DNA from: Patescibacteria group bacterium
Lineage (GTDB): Bacteria > Patescibacteriota > Microgenomatia > 2-02-FULL-39-11
DNA: 64,000 nucleotides
Assembly (NCBI GenBank): GCA_023379265.1
Contig: JAMCUI010000007.1
Location: 14,780-78,779 of the forward strand
Direction: 5' to 3'
Numbering within the stretch: the first letter of the stretch is position 1; the number at the start of each line of letters is the position of its first letter. Shown here one piece after another: positions 18,440-27,603 of this stretch. The translations under genes were made by a program, and so were the position numbers. The notes under the pieces were generated by a model that saw nothing but the letters and a program-made list of their open reading frames with translations, searched no databases and was not told the origin of the DNA.

Positions 18440-19522
18440 TTATTTGTTCTCTGTTATTTGAACAATATCATGCGGATGGCTCTCAATAAGAGAAGATTGG
18501 GTAATACGCATCAGTCTTGAATTCTCTTGAAGCTCAGAAATACTTTTTACCCCCGCATAATACATGCCGGAACGCAAACCTCCTACAAGTTGCGTCACAA
18601 CATCTTCAACGCCTCCTTTTATAGGTACTGCACCTTCTATACCTTCTGCAACTAGCTTTTTTTCCTGACCGCGCCTATATTCCTGTCCGTAACGGGAGCT
18701 ACTTCCCTCTTTCATCGCGGCTACAGACCCCATCCCTCTGTATTTTTTATATTTTTGTCCGTTTATTGTCATCACTTTTCCCGGTGATTCGGTACATCCG
18801 GCAAAAAGAGAACCGGCCATGACAGTTGAAGCTCCTGCTGCCAATGCTTTTACAATATCTCCTGAAAAGCGCAAGCCCCCGTCAGAAATAACAGGTATAT
18901 TAAACCTTTTTGCAATAGACACAGTTTCCAAAACTGCCGTAATCTGTGGCACTCCCATACCGGCTACGATTCTCGTGGTACAGATTGAACCCGGGCCCAT
19001 ACCTACTCGGATTGCCTGGGCTCCTGCTTCTATAAGAGCTTTTGCTCCAGCGGCTGTTGCTATACTTCCGGATATAAGAGCGATGTCTTTATATTCATTA
19101 GCAATAAAACTTGTCGCTTCAATTACCCACTTGGAAAAACCGTGTGCACTGTCAACTACTAAAACGTCAACCCCAGCGTCACTTAAACCCATAACTCTCT
19201 CTTTCAAATCGTCACCCACTCCAACGGCAGCCGCCGCAAAAAGACCTACATTCTTTACTATCTTTACCTCTTGTGCCTGTTTTTCAATTGACAGATTTCT
19301 ATGGATTACTCCAAGACCGCCTAGCTTCCCCATAGCTATGGCAAGTTTGGATGTGGTTACAGTATCCATTGGTGAAGAAATAATGGGAATATCAAGTCGT
19401 ACATTACCAGCCAATCTTGAAGAAATATCTATATCCCCTCTTTTCACCTGTGCGTAGTTTGGCAAAAGAAGAACATCGTCAAAAGTCAAACCTGTGTTTT
19501 CAACAATTTTTTGTTGGTCCAT
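18440..19522 (-). CDS. guaB: IMP dehydrogenase (no CBS domains)
   Basis: LTFDDVLL, SSPMDTVT, DSAHG, GPGSICTTR, YRGMGS, ESHPHD. Confidence 0.93.
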   Translation of the reverse strand: MDQQKIVENTGLTFDDVLLLPNYAQVKRGDIDISSRLAGNVRLDIPIISSPMDTVTTSKLAIAMGKLGGLGVIHRNLSIEKQAQEVKIVKNVGLFAAAAVGVGDDLKERVMGLSDAGVDVLVVDSAHGFSKWVIEATSFIANEYKDIALISGSIATAAGAKALIEAGAQAIRVGMGPGSICTTRIVAGMGVPQITAVLETVSIAKRFNIPVISDGGLRFSGDIVKALAAGASTVMAGSLFAGCTESPGKVMTINGQKYKKYRGMGSVAAMKEGSSSRYGQEYRRGQEKKLVAEGIEGAVPIKGGVEDVVTQLVGGLRSGMYYAGVKSISELQENSRLMRITQSSLIESHPHDIVQITENK

Positions 19523-19562
19523 AATTAGATTTTTCGGAATTAATAATCTAAAATATCTTTGG

Positions 19563-20567
19563 TTAAACCGATTTGCTTCTTATAAAACTAGCTTCCTTTG
19601 CTTTTTGCGATGCTTTATTCAAATCTTCTAAACTTAGTATATTATTGTCCAAAAGTGTCTGGTATTCATTAAGCAAATTTGTCCTCAACATCTCCGGACC
19701 ATCGGTGTTAACAGTAAATGCAACTCCTTGTTCTTTTAAAATAGCAAAAATATTTTTAAAATCGGACAGGTTTTTTACTACCCTTGTGTTTAGATTTGAT
19801 GTAGGACAAACCTCAAGAACAATATTTCTGTTTTTCAACTCTAAAAGCACATTTTTATCCTCTACTGCCCTAACACCATGACCGATTCTGTCCGGTTCTA
19901 GAAGTTTAATGGTGCGCATCATCTCATCAGCCCCTGTTGCTTCACCAGTATGGATTGTCACTCCGAGTCCTACCCTCTTACATGCTTTTATCGGCTCAAC
20001 CAAAGTTTCCATGCTAAACTGTGGATCAATTGGTCCGGCCAAATCTATTCCTATTACGCCCCGTCTCGCATACTTTACCGCTTTTTCGGCAATTATGGAA
20101 TTTAGTTTTTGGGAAAACCTGCGGTCACACATAAGAATCAGTCCTATCCTCATGGGATATGAAAGCATCGCTCTTTCCATACTGTGAATACTTGAAAGGA
20201 TAATATGGTCCAGATCTCTTTCCCCGCCGCGGTTTCTCAGCATAGGATTGAAACGAATTTCAAGAGTTGTAATACCGTTTTTGCGATAAGCTCCGGAAGC
20301 GATAGAATAAATGCTTTTTTCCATCGCTTCAGGCGAGGATTGAATAAGTTCCGTCCAGTGGAAAAGGTCAAGATATTTTTTGTAGTTGGTATCGTCAGAT
20401 ACAGTAATAAGTTTTTCAAAATCCCAGTAGTTTTTAGTTGGCAGTCTTATCCCCTGCTCCTGGGCTATTTCCCACATGATGGGTGGGTCTACAGCTGATC
20501 CTATATGAACATGCAGCTCCGTCAGTTCTCCGAATTTTTTCGCAGCTGTATCCATATTATTTTTCAT
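19563..20567 (-). CDS. Adenosine/AMP deaminase family protein
   Basis: ELHVHIG, GIDLAG, TIHTGE, DRIGHG, EVCPTSN, NTDGP. Confidence 0.88.
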   Translation of the reverse strand: MKNNMDTAAKKFGELTELHVHIGSAVDPPIMWEIAQEQGIRLPTKNYWDFEKLITVSDDTNYKKYLDLFHWTELIQSSPEAMEKSIYSIASGAYRKNGITTLEIRFNPMLRNRGGERDLDHIILSSIHSMERAMLSYPMRIGLILMCDRRFSQKLNSIIAEKAVKYARRGVIGIDLAGPIDPQFSMETLVEPIKACKRVGLGVTIHTGEATGADEMMRTIKLLEPDRIGHGVRAVEDKNVLLELKNRNIVLEVCPTSNLNTRVVKNLSDFKNIFAILKEQGVAFTVNTDGPEMLRTNLLNEYQTLLDNNILSLEDLNKASQKAKEASFIRSKSV

Positions 20568-20967
20568 TCTCCAGATATTTTACTAAATTTTGGGGAGAAA
20601 CGACTGCTTTGACAAAATTAGTCACGGTAATATCCTTAATTTTTGCTCTGGCAAAAATGGGTTTTTCAAGAGCCAATGAATAACCGATCTCCACTGTAAC
20701 GGCAGGACCCAGATACGAACCCTGGTTGAATATATAGATAACATCACTTTTCCTGATATTCTCTAAATGCGAAAAAGCCCCCTCCCCTTCCCACTTTGTC
20801 AGAGTAGCTTTATCGTATTTCGTTTTCAACTCTTGCGGCTTGTGCCCGTGTCTGACATGTGAAGGCTGTGGAACTATTACCGTAAACCCTTTTCCCCGAA
20901 GTAATTTTGCCACATTCTCCATCTGGTTATAAAATTTAAAACTGCCGCAGAAACAGATTGTTTTCAT
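20557..20967 (-). CDS. Nucleoside 2-deoxyribosyltransferase / nucleotide N-hydrolase-like small protein
   Basis: ICFCGS...IRKSDVIYIFN..YLG..V.VEIGYS.AL.KPIF pattern of the NDT/RCL-like fold. Confidence 0.6.
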   Translation of the reverse strand: MKTICFCGSFKFYNQMENVAKLLRGKGFTVIVPQPSHVRHGHKPQELKTKYDKATLTKWEGEGAFSHLENIRKSDVIYIFNQGSYLGPAVTVEIGYSLALEKPIFARAKIKDITVTNFVKAVVSPQNLVKYLENEK

Positions 20968-21050
20968 GTATAAACTCCATCAAAAAACCCGGCCGCAGCC
21001 GAGTCGTAAAGAATTATTATTGTTTGTCTTAAATCAATTTGACCAACCAT
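20964..21050 (-). CDS. Putative 28-aa leader peptide of the purine operon (MVGQIDLRQTIIILYDSAAAGFFDGVYT)
   Basis: ATG 5 nt after a -10 box; reads through a terminator hairpin; stop overlaps the next start (ATGA). Confidence 0.45.
   Translation of the reverse strand: MVGQIDLRQTIIILYDSAAAGFFDGVYT
20982..21004 (-). terminator. Attenuator-like intrinsic terminator upstream of the purine operon
   Basis: ACTCGGC-TGCG-GCCGGGT followed by TTTTT. Confidence 0.75.
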
Positions 21051-21055
21051 ATTAT

Positions 21056-21085
21056 ATATTACCACAATTATACCCAACCTGTCAA
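21056..21085 (-). promoter_or_regulatory. Promoter of the purine operon
   Basis: TTGACA-18-TAATAT with a TGn extension. Confidence 0.55.
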
Positions 21086-21138
21086 AAAGAAATTAGCAAT
21101 CTCTTGTTGACATCCTAAAAAATTGATACACTGATTTT

Positions 21139-21885
21139 GTGGGGATATTTTTTACCGCTGTCATAGTCTTTCTTATTCTTCTTGTTCTATCTGGTCTAAA
21201 AGTAATCGACCAGTATGAAAGAGGTATTGTTTTGACTCTTGGTTCATATTCCTATACTCTTGACCCTGGTCTTAAAGTAGTTTTCCCTATTTTCCAAAGA
21301 CTGATTAAAGTAGATATTCGAATCACAACCTCTGATATTCCCCAACAGGAAGTCATCACTAAAGATAACGTGCCGGTGGGAATAAACGCAGTTGTTTACT
21401 TCCAAGTTAATAAACCCGAGGATGCGGTCCTCAAAATTCAGGATTATACTTATGCTGTCACCCAATATGCCCAGACAGCACTGCGTGACGTTATTGGAGG
21501 TGTGGAGCTAGATAGTCTTCTTGTGGACAGACAGAAAATTGCCGAAGAGATAAAAAAGATCGTTGACAGTGAAACTACCGAATGGGGAGTTGATGTCACA
21601 GCCATTAAAATCCAAGACATAGAGTTACCAGCAGATATGAAAAGAGCAATGGCTAAACAAGCCGAGGCGGAAAGGGAAAGAAGGGCGACAATCATCCGCT
21701 CACAGGGAGAATTATCTGCTTCAGCAAACCTTAAAAAAGCTATGGAACAAATGGCTACATCAGGGGCAATCTCTTTAAGAACTCTACAGACAATTGAAGC
21801 AACTACTGCCAATCCTTCAAATACAGTCGTCTTTGCTCTTCCCATCCAGGTTTTGGAAGGATTGAAAAAACTTGCTAACCAATAA
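21139..21885 (+). CDS. SPFH/band 7 (stomatin/slipin-like) membrane protein
   Basis: N-terminal TM, ITKDNV, AQTALRDVIG, WGVDVT, AMAKQAEAERERRA. Confidence 0.92.
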   Translation: MGIFFTAVIVFLILLVLSGLKVIDQYERGIVLTLGSYSYTLDPGLKVVFPIFQRLIKVDIRITTSDIPQQEVITKDNVPVGINAVVYFQVNKPEDAVLKIQDYTYAVTQYAQTALRDVIGGVELDSLLVDRQKIAEEIKKIVDSETTEWGVDVTAIKIQDIELPADMKRAMAKQAEAERERRATIIRSQGELSASANLKKAMEQMATSGAISLRTLQTIEATTANPSNTVVFALPIQVLEGLKKLANQ

Positions 21886-21897
21886 TTTCTTAAATAA

Positions 21898-22572
21898 TTA
21901 CTTAATAGCCTTCAAAAACTCTTCTGCCAGTTGACTGGTGTCAGCAGTTGACTGATAAAATTCTTTCCATACTACTACTATATCAGCGTCATTAAAAACT
22001 GCCCGCTGGACTTCCCTTATTGTATCCCCTCCGGCTATCGAGAGAAGAAGATTATAACTGGCATGAATCTTGTTTATCTGGATATAGGGAATGGGTTTGT
22101 CTCTGTTGAATTTTTCCTCATCTACCCCTCGGTGAAGAAGTACCACATCTGGAAGTTTTTTCAGCTTCCTTAACACCTTTACAGACTCCTCAACATTCAT
22201 CATATCAAGCATACTATCCAAGCCTTCTCTCTTACAGGATTCAATAAATGAATTAATCGTCTCAACTGGCGCCCAACCCAGACTGACTGCGGCAGACGCC
22301 CCGGCATTTTTGGCGATATTCACTTCTGTCTCTGCCCTATCCATTGTCTTTAAGTCTGCCACGATATAAGGACTAACATCCAATCCTTCCAGCCTTTCAC
22401 CCCACCACCGATAAAGACTGGCAATGGCCTCCATCCCATACCTTTTAATAAGAGGGGTACCAGCTTCGATAATAATTCTGTCGCTTGCAGGAAGTGATTG
22501 TATTATGTTGTATGCGTCATTTAGCGTACTATTTAGGGCAATCTGCAGGTAACGTTTTTTTCTATCCAACAT
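21898..22572 (-). CDS. 3-hexulose-6-phosphate synthase-like (OMPDC/HPS family) protein
   Basis: YLQIAL, IIEAGTPLIKRYG, ADLKTMD, LHRGVDEE, IAGG. Confidence 0.75.
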   Translation of the reverse strand: MLDRKKRYLQIALNSTLNDAYNIIQSLPASDRIIIEAGTPLIKRYGMEAIASLYRWWGERLEGLDVSPYIVADLKTMDRAETEVNIAKNAGASAAVSLGWAPVETINSFIESCKREGLDSMLDMMNVEESVKVLRKLKKLPDVVLLHRGVDEEKFNRDKPIPYIQINKIHASYNLLLSIAGGDTIREVQRAVFNDADIVVVWKEFYQSTADTSQLAEEFLKAIK

Positions 22573-22687
22573 ATTTTTATTCTATACCCATCTTATCCTG
22601 ATTGCAGTACCAAACAAAATAAAGCACTAAAAAACGGATTAGATATATACTGAAAAACAAGTGTAAATATGAGTTTTTGAAGTATAT

Positions 22688-23491
22688 CTATTTATCAATG
22701 AGATATAAATGATGGAGAGGCCCGTGTCCTTTTCCAATATTTAATCCAACGGAATATTTCAACGCTTCCGAGATATATCTTTTGGCTATTTTGACTGCTT
22801 GAGGTAAACTTTTACCTTTGGCGAGTTCTGCTGCGATAGCTGAAGAGAAAGTACATCCTGTACCGTGAGTATTTTTTGTTTCTATTCTTTTTTCATCAAA
22901 AATATGGAATGATTTTCCGTCATAAAGAATATCTATGGAATTTTTACTTTCTGGCAAATGCCCACCTTTAACAATTACATTTTTAGGGCCCATTTTTTTG
23001 AGAAACACAGCGGCTTTTTTCATTTCTGATATTTCCCTCACTTCAATTCCCAGCATAGCTTTGACTTCGTGAAGATTGGGAGTAATGACAAATGATAAAG
23101 GAAAAAGATATTTTATAAGTGTCGACTGAGCATCTTTTTTTAATAACCTATCCCCGCTTTTTGCGACCATGACAGGATCAACAACAATAGGGATTTCCTT
23201 ATATTTCTTCAGTCCAGAAGCGACTGTTTTTATTATTTGATTACTAGCTAACATACCGATTTTTATGACATCCGGCTTCAGATCTTCCATTACCGATTTT
23301 ATCTGCTCTGTCACAATAGATATTGGCAACTCAAAAACTCTCTGCACCCCAATAGTATTTTGGGCCGTAATGGCAGTAATAACACTCATTCCATAAACTC
23401 TTCTTGCGGCAAAAGTTTTCAAGTCCGCCTGGATACCTGCTCCCCCGCCGCTATCTGACCCTGCAATAGTCAATACTTTTTTTAGTTGCAT
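22688..23491 (-). CDS. thiD: HMP/HMP-P kinase
   Basis: LTIAGSDSGGGAGIQADLKT, TAQNT, DPVMVAKSG, THGTGCT. Confidence 0.96.
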   Translation of the reverse strand: MQLKKVLTIAGSDSGGGAGIQADLKTFAARRVYGMSVITAITAQNTIGVQRVFELPISIVTEQIKSVMEDLKPDVIKIGMLASNQIIKTVASGLKKYKEIPIVVDPVMVAKSGDRLLKKDAQSTLIKYLFPLSFVITPNLHEVKAMLGIEVREISEMKKAAVFLKKMGPKNVIVKGGHLPESKNSIDILYDGKSFHIFDEKRIETKNTHGTGCTFSSAIAAELAKGKSLPQAVKIAKRYISEALKYSVGLNIGKGHGPLHHLYLIDK

Positions 23492-23536
23492 AAATTCTAA
23501 ATATCATGCCAAACTTGTTTCGGCATCTCGTTAATA

Positions 23537-24568
23537 TTAACTAGATTCTGAAACAAGTTTAGGAAGACTTAAAATATGATCCCAACTCTCCAATTTTAAT
23601 CGTATGCGTTTACCATCACTATTAACTAACCAACTTCCTTCTTTTTCTGGCAAAATTTTACCGATTATGTTCACATTTGTGTTTGTCTTTTTTTTAATTT
23701 TAGAAATTAAGAGTTCTGTATTCTTTTTACTAACGGTAAATAATAATTCGTAATCTTCTCCTCCGTTAAGAGCTAAATCATATGGATTCTTTTTAATAGA
23801 TTTAGCAAATTCCAACATGTCTTTGGCAACCGGAAGCTTATCCTCATATATCTCAACTCCGACTCTACTTCTCTCACAAATGTGACCTATGTCACCGCTT
23901 AATCCGTCACTTACATCAATCATTGCTGTTGCCATATGACTGGCGGCAATTAATTTTGACTCGCCAATTCTGGGATTTGGGGCCAGCTGTCTCTGCAATA
24001 ATCTTTTAGTTTTTACCAATAAAAATTTTCTATCTTTGGCTATAAAAAGACCCGCAGCAGCATCTCCCAACGTACCAGTTACTAAAACGTTATCTCCAAT
24101 ATTTGCGCCGGACCGTAAAAGCAGATCCCTCTTTTTTACTTTTCCCAGCATAAAAATATCAATTGCCCAATCTTTTCCCGAAGATATATTTCCTCCTGCC
24201 ACCTGTATATTGTATTTATTACAAGCTATATCTATTCCTCTATAAATTCTTTGAACAAAATCGGTAGAGATATTCTTGGGCAAAATCAGAGAAATCAGAC
24301 AGACGGTGGGTAACCCGCCCATTGCGGCAATATCGCTAATGTTTATTGCAATTGCTTTGTGGCCGATATTTTCCGGCTCCAAATTTTCCAAAACAAAATG
24401 TCTGCCCGCAACCTGTATATCACAAGTTACCAGCTCAAGATAATTTTTATCAAAAGACAAAACTGCACAGTCATCACCGATTCCCACAATTACATCACGA
24501 TTCTTTACTTTCAACTCTGACGTAAGCTTTTTAATTAACTCAAATTCACCAGGTAACTTAAGCGGCAT
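23537..24568 (-). CDS. thiL: Thiamine-monophosphate kinase
   Basis: GEFELI, GIGDDCA, NISDIAAMGG, IDVSDGL, GGEDYELL. Confidence 0.95.
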   Translation of the reverse strand: MPLKLPGEFELIKKLTSELKVKNRDVIVGIGDDCAVLSFDKNYLELVTCDIQVAGRHFVLENLEPENIGHKAIAINISDIAAMGGLPTVCLISLILPKNISTDFVQRIYRGIDIACNKYNIQVAGGNISSGKDWAIDIFMLGKVKKRDLLLRSGANIGDNVLVTGTLGDAAAGLFIAKDRKFLLVKTKRLLQRQLAPNPRIGESKLIAASHMATAMIDVSDGLSGDIGHICERSRVGVEIYEDKLPVAKDMLEFAKSIKKNPYDLALNGGEDYELLFTVSKKNTELLISKIKKKTNTNVNIIGKILPEKEGSWLVNSDGKRIRLKLESWDHILSLPKLVSESS

Positions 24569-25367
24569 ATATTTTTGCTCCCTTTGCCAGTTGGCTCGGG
24601 CTCATATTATATAAAGTATCAAGAAGAGCGATTTTGAAACTAGCCGGGCCTTTTGCATTTTTAGCTGCGATTTCAGCAGCATAACCATAACATGCAAGCG
24701 CTGCAGAAGATGCAAAAGCATAATTCTTTTCTACTGCACAAAAAGCAGCCACCATGGTAGTAGACATACAACCTGTTCCGGTGTTCGTCGAAAGCCATTG
24801 GTCACCGTTATCAACAAAATATGTTTCTTTTCCAGAAGATACAATGTCGCGCTTTCCCGTAATAACCACAACTGTCTTATATTTTTTAGCTAGACTTTGT
24901 GCTACTTTCACTGGGTCCTTTATGCCTTCAACGCTTTCCACTCCTTTTACTTTACCTCCTGCACCAGCCACAGCACCTATCTCTCCGTGGTTTCCCCTCA
25001 ATACTGCTATTTCCAATTTACTTAATAGCTCAAGTGAAGTACTGGAACGCAATTTAGTAGCGCCTGCCCCAACTGGGTCAAGTATAATCGGAATCCTCAT
25101 GCTGTTTGCTTTTCTTCCAGCAATAAACATTGATTCAATCCATTCTTTTGATAATGTTCCAATATTTAAAACCAATGCGTTTGCAATACCTGTCATTTCC
25201 TTCATCTCTTCCCTTGCATGGGCCATGACTGGAAGAGCTCCCACATGCAGTGTGACATTTGCCGTATCATTCATCACGACAAAATTAGTAATATGGTGCA
25301 GAAGCGGTCTTTTTTCTCTCACTCTTTTTAATATTTCTCCTGCTCCTTGATTTAATTTTTTATCCAT
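24558..25367 (-). CDS. thiM: Hydroxyethylthiazole kinase
   Basis: PLLHHITNFV, NIGTL, LDPVGAGAT, RGNHGEI, TGTGC. Confidence 0.95.
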   Translation of the reverse strand: MDKKLNQGAGEILKRVREKRPLLHHITNFVVMNDTANVTLHVGALPVMAHAREEMKEMTGIANALVLNIGTLSKEWIESMFIAGRKANSMRIPIILDPVGAGATKLRSSTSLELLSKLEIAVLRGNHGEIGAVAGAGGKVKGVESVEGIKDPVKVAQSLAKKYKTVVVITGKRDIVSSGKETYFVDNGDQWLSTNTGTGCMSTTMVAAFCAVEKNYAFASSAALACYGYAAEIAAKNAKGPASFKIALLDTLYNMSPSQLAKGAKIYAA

Positions 25368-25405
25368 AACTCTCCTAATAATTAAATTTAATAATTTATA
25401 TAAAA

Positions 25406-26038
25406 TTAACTTTTCGCTTCACTAACTATTTTTTTTAATTTTTCTGCAGCTAATTTCGGTTCATTTACCAGAAATACTGCAGATATTACGGCAATTCCAT
25501 CGGCTCTCGCCCGTATTACTTGATTTGCATTTTCCAAAGTTACTCCTCCTATTCCTACAATGGGAATTTTTACCACTTTTTTAATTTTTTTAAGCATGCC
25601 AATCCCGACAGGCTTACCTGTATCTGTTTTAGTTGTGGAGCCGAAAATGTCACTTACACCCAAATAGTCAGCCCCGTCTTTGACTGCTTTTTTTGCTTCT
25701 ACCACATTGCTCGCTGTAACCCCCAATATTTTTTCCCGTCCGATAATCTGTCGGACAATATTTGCTGGCATATCGCTTTGCCCCACATGTACTCCTTCAG
25801 CATCAATTGCCAATGCCACATCAATCCTGTCGTCAATGATAAGAGGAATACCCGCTTTCGTTGTAATTTTATGAAGAGCTCTACCTTCTTCAATCATCAG
25901 TCGTGTGGAAGCATTTTTTTCCCTATATTGCACAATTGTCACTCCACCTTCTATTGCTAATGCAACAATTGAAAGGACTGATTTTTTTCCGGCCAAATTC
26001 TTGTCAGTGACCAAATAAAGACTGTAGTCAATATTCAT
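25406..26038 (-). CDS. thiE: Thiamine-phosphate synthase
   Basis: LYLVTD, QYREK, DDRIDVA, GVHVGQSD, TTKTD, GIGG. Confidence 0.95.
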   Translation of the reverse strand: MNIDYSLYLVTDKNLAGKKSVLSIVALAIEGGVTIVQYREKNASTRLMIEEGRALHKITTKAGIPLIIDDRIDVALAIDAEGVHVGQSDMPANIVRQIIGREKILGVTASNVVEAKKAVKDGADYLGVSDIFGSTTKTDTGKPVGIGMLKKIKKVVKIPIVGIGGVTLENANQVIRARADGIAVISAVFLVNEPKLAAEKLKKIVSEAKS

Positions 26039-27353
26039 TGAAAATCACTCTCAGTTTCATAAAAAGTAAATATACAATAGACACGCAGACAAATGTCGGA
26101 AGGGATGCTCCCAGATCTGGCAGTTTTCTGGTAATAAACTGGTAGACTAAAATCCCAAAAACCCAAGATGACATTGCCAACCAATTAATTCCTTTTGAAA
26201 ACCAATACAGACCATGTCTGCTATAAAGCTCTTTTGTAGCTATATTTCCTTTATGTATAAAAAAATAGTCAGTAATAAGAATGGCAAAAAGAGGAATGAA
26301 TATTGACCCTATAAGATAAAGGAAATTCTCATACTGTGTAATATTCAGGAACATTGCGGAAATTAAAGAGAATATTCCCAAAAAAATAATAAGTGTCCGT
26401 TGCTTTATATGGGGAAAGATATTTTGTGTTGATACTGCTGAAGAGTATAAATCTGCCCAGGCTTCTTTTGTCTCGTCAACCAAAAGTATAAGAAGCGCCA
26501 GTGAACCGGCAGACAATAAAACCGCCTGAATGAATCCTATCGTCTCCTGGGTTATGGAAGTTGTCATAAGTATGACCGCGCCAACAGTATAAAGCCATAT
26601 ATTTGAGAGAAAATACCCCCAAAAAGACCCCCAAAAAGCATGCCTGTCGTTTTTTGCAAACCTATTAAAATCAGCAATCAAAGGCAACCAAGATATAGGC
26701 ATAGCAATCACTATATCCACCCCAGACCAGAAAGAGAGGCTACCATCTCCGGCTTTTCTCAAAAGTGTGGAAATATTGTTTCCGGCAAAAATATGATAAG
26801 TCAACCAAGCTGTAGTCAAAATCACAATCCACACGGCATACCTTTTGAGCCACTTTCTTACCACAGCCGTTACTCCCCCTATTCCCATTAGAATGACTAA
26901 AAAAGCAAATATAATGATACTTATGTAATAATTTCCAAATCCAAAGAGTGATTTTAGTATCGCCACTGCCGTCATGCCCATAACGACAAATTCAAAGATT
27001 GTCCAGCCAATAAGTTGTATCACATTAAAAAATGATGGTAACCATGATCCTCTTATGCCCAAAATCGATCTTAAAAGAACCATTGTTGGAGCATGAGTCC
27101 TGCTGCCCATAAGACCCACAGCTGCCAAAAGTATGCATCCGACAAAAGAACCTATGATAATTGCGGTAAATGCCTGAAAAAAACCAAGCCCCGGAGAAAG
27201 AAAACTGCCTGCCAAAAGAACAAGAAGACCCATACCCAAATCTCCCCACAGGACAAAATAATCAAAGAAACCAAGTATCTGATATTTTTGGGGTACAGGC
27301 TCAATCCCCCATTCCGGGAGGGACCTGACAATCTGAATTTTCTTTTTACTCAT
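26028..27353 (-). CDS. cytX: Putative hydroxymethylpyrimidine transporter (CytX, NCS1 family)
   Basis: Many TMs, QLIGW, AMPISWLPLIADFNR, YENFLYLIGS; TPP-riboswitch/thi operon context. Confidence 0.82.
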   Translation of the reverse strand: MSKKKIQIVRSLPEWGIEPVPQKYQILGFFDYFVLWGDLGMGLLVLLAGSFLSPGLGFFQAFTAIIIGSFVGCILLAAVGLMGSRTHAPTMVLLRSILGIRGSWLPSFFNVIQLIGWTIFEFVVMGMTAVAILKSLFGFGNYYISIIIFAFLVILMGIGGVTAVVRKWLKRYAVWIVILTTAWLTYHIFAGNNISTLLRKAGDGSLSFWSGVDIVIAMPISWLPLIADFNRFAKNDRHAFWGSFWGYFLSNIWLYTVGAVILMTTSITQETIGFIQAVLLSAGSLALLILLVDETKEAWADLYSSAVSTQNIFPHIKQRTLIIFLGIFSLISAMFLNITQYENFLYLIGSIFIPLFAILITDYFFIHKGNIATKELYSRHGLYWFSKGINWLAMSSWVFGILVYQFITRKLPDLGASLPTFVCVSIVYLLFMKLRVIFNEY

Positions 27354-27380
27354 ATGGATTCGTCGCTTTGCTTCTCACAT

Positions 27381-27407
27381 AAAAAAACCATTCCGCAAGG
27401 AATGGCT
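27381..27407 (-). terminator. Terminator of the TPP riboswitch expression platform
   Basis: AGCCATTCC-TTGC-GGAATGGTT followed by TTTTT. Confidence 0.85.
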
Positions 27408-27411
27408 GTAT

Positions 27412-27510
27412 ATTTTCCCTGCGTTGGCATTATCCAAATCAGGTTATATGGGTCATCCCGATATATTTCGAGAACTCTCAGCCTGATTTCCATCAAGCTC
27501 CCCATTTAAT
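27412..27510 (-). ncRNA. TPP riboswitch (THI element)
   Basis: GGGGAGC...GCTGAGA...GACCC...AACCTGATTTGGATAATGCCAACGCAGGGA; upstream promoter TTGACT-17-TAGAAT (27546-27518). Confidence 0.93.
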
Positions 27511-27603
27511 AATTAATATTCTAATCCTCAAAAAAGACTAAGTCAACGTCTTAAAATAATTAAAAGTCTTGAGAAGAATAACCGTTTCCGCTAATATTAC
27601 TCT

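Noticed and set aside
18819-19457. Long antisense ORFs (e.g. 18819..19457, 24754..25350 and many 60-140-aa ORFs opposite real genes)
   Set aside because: Shadow frames of well-supported genes on the other strand, with no motifs of their own.
20968-21060. Purine (guanine) riboswitch
   Set aside because: The three-way-junction consensus is not visible; only a terminator and a leader ORF are.
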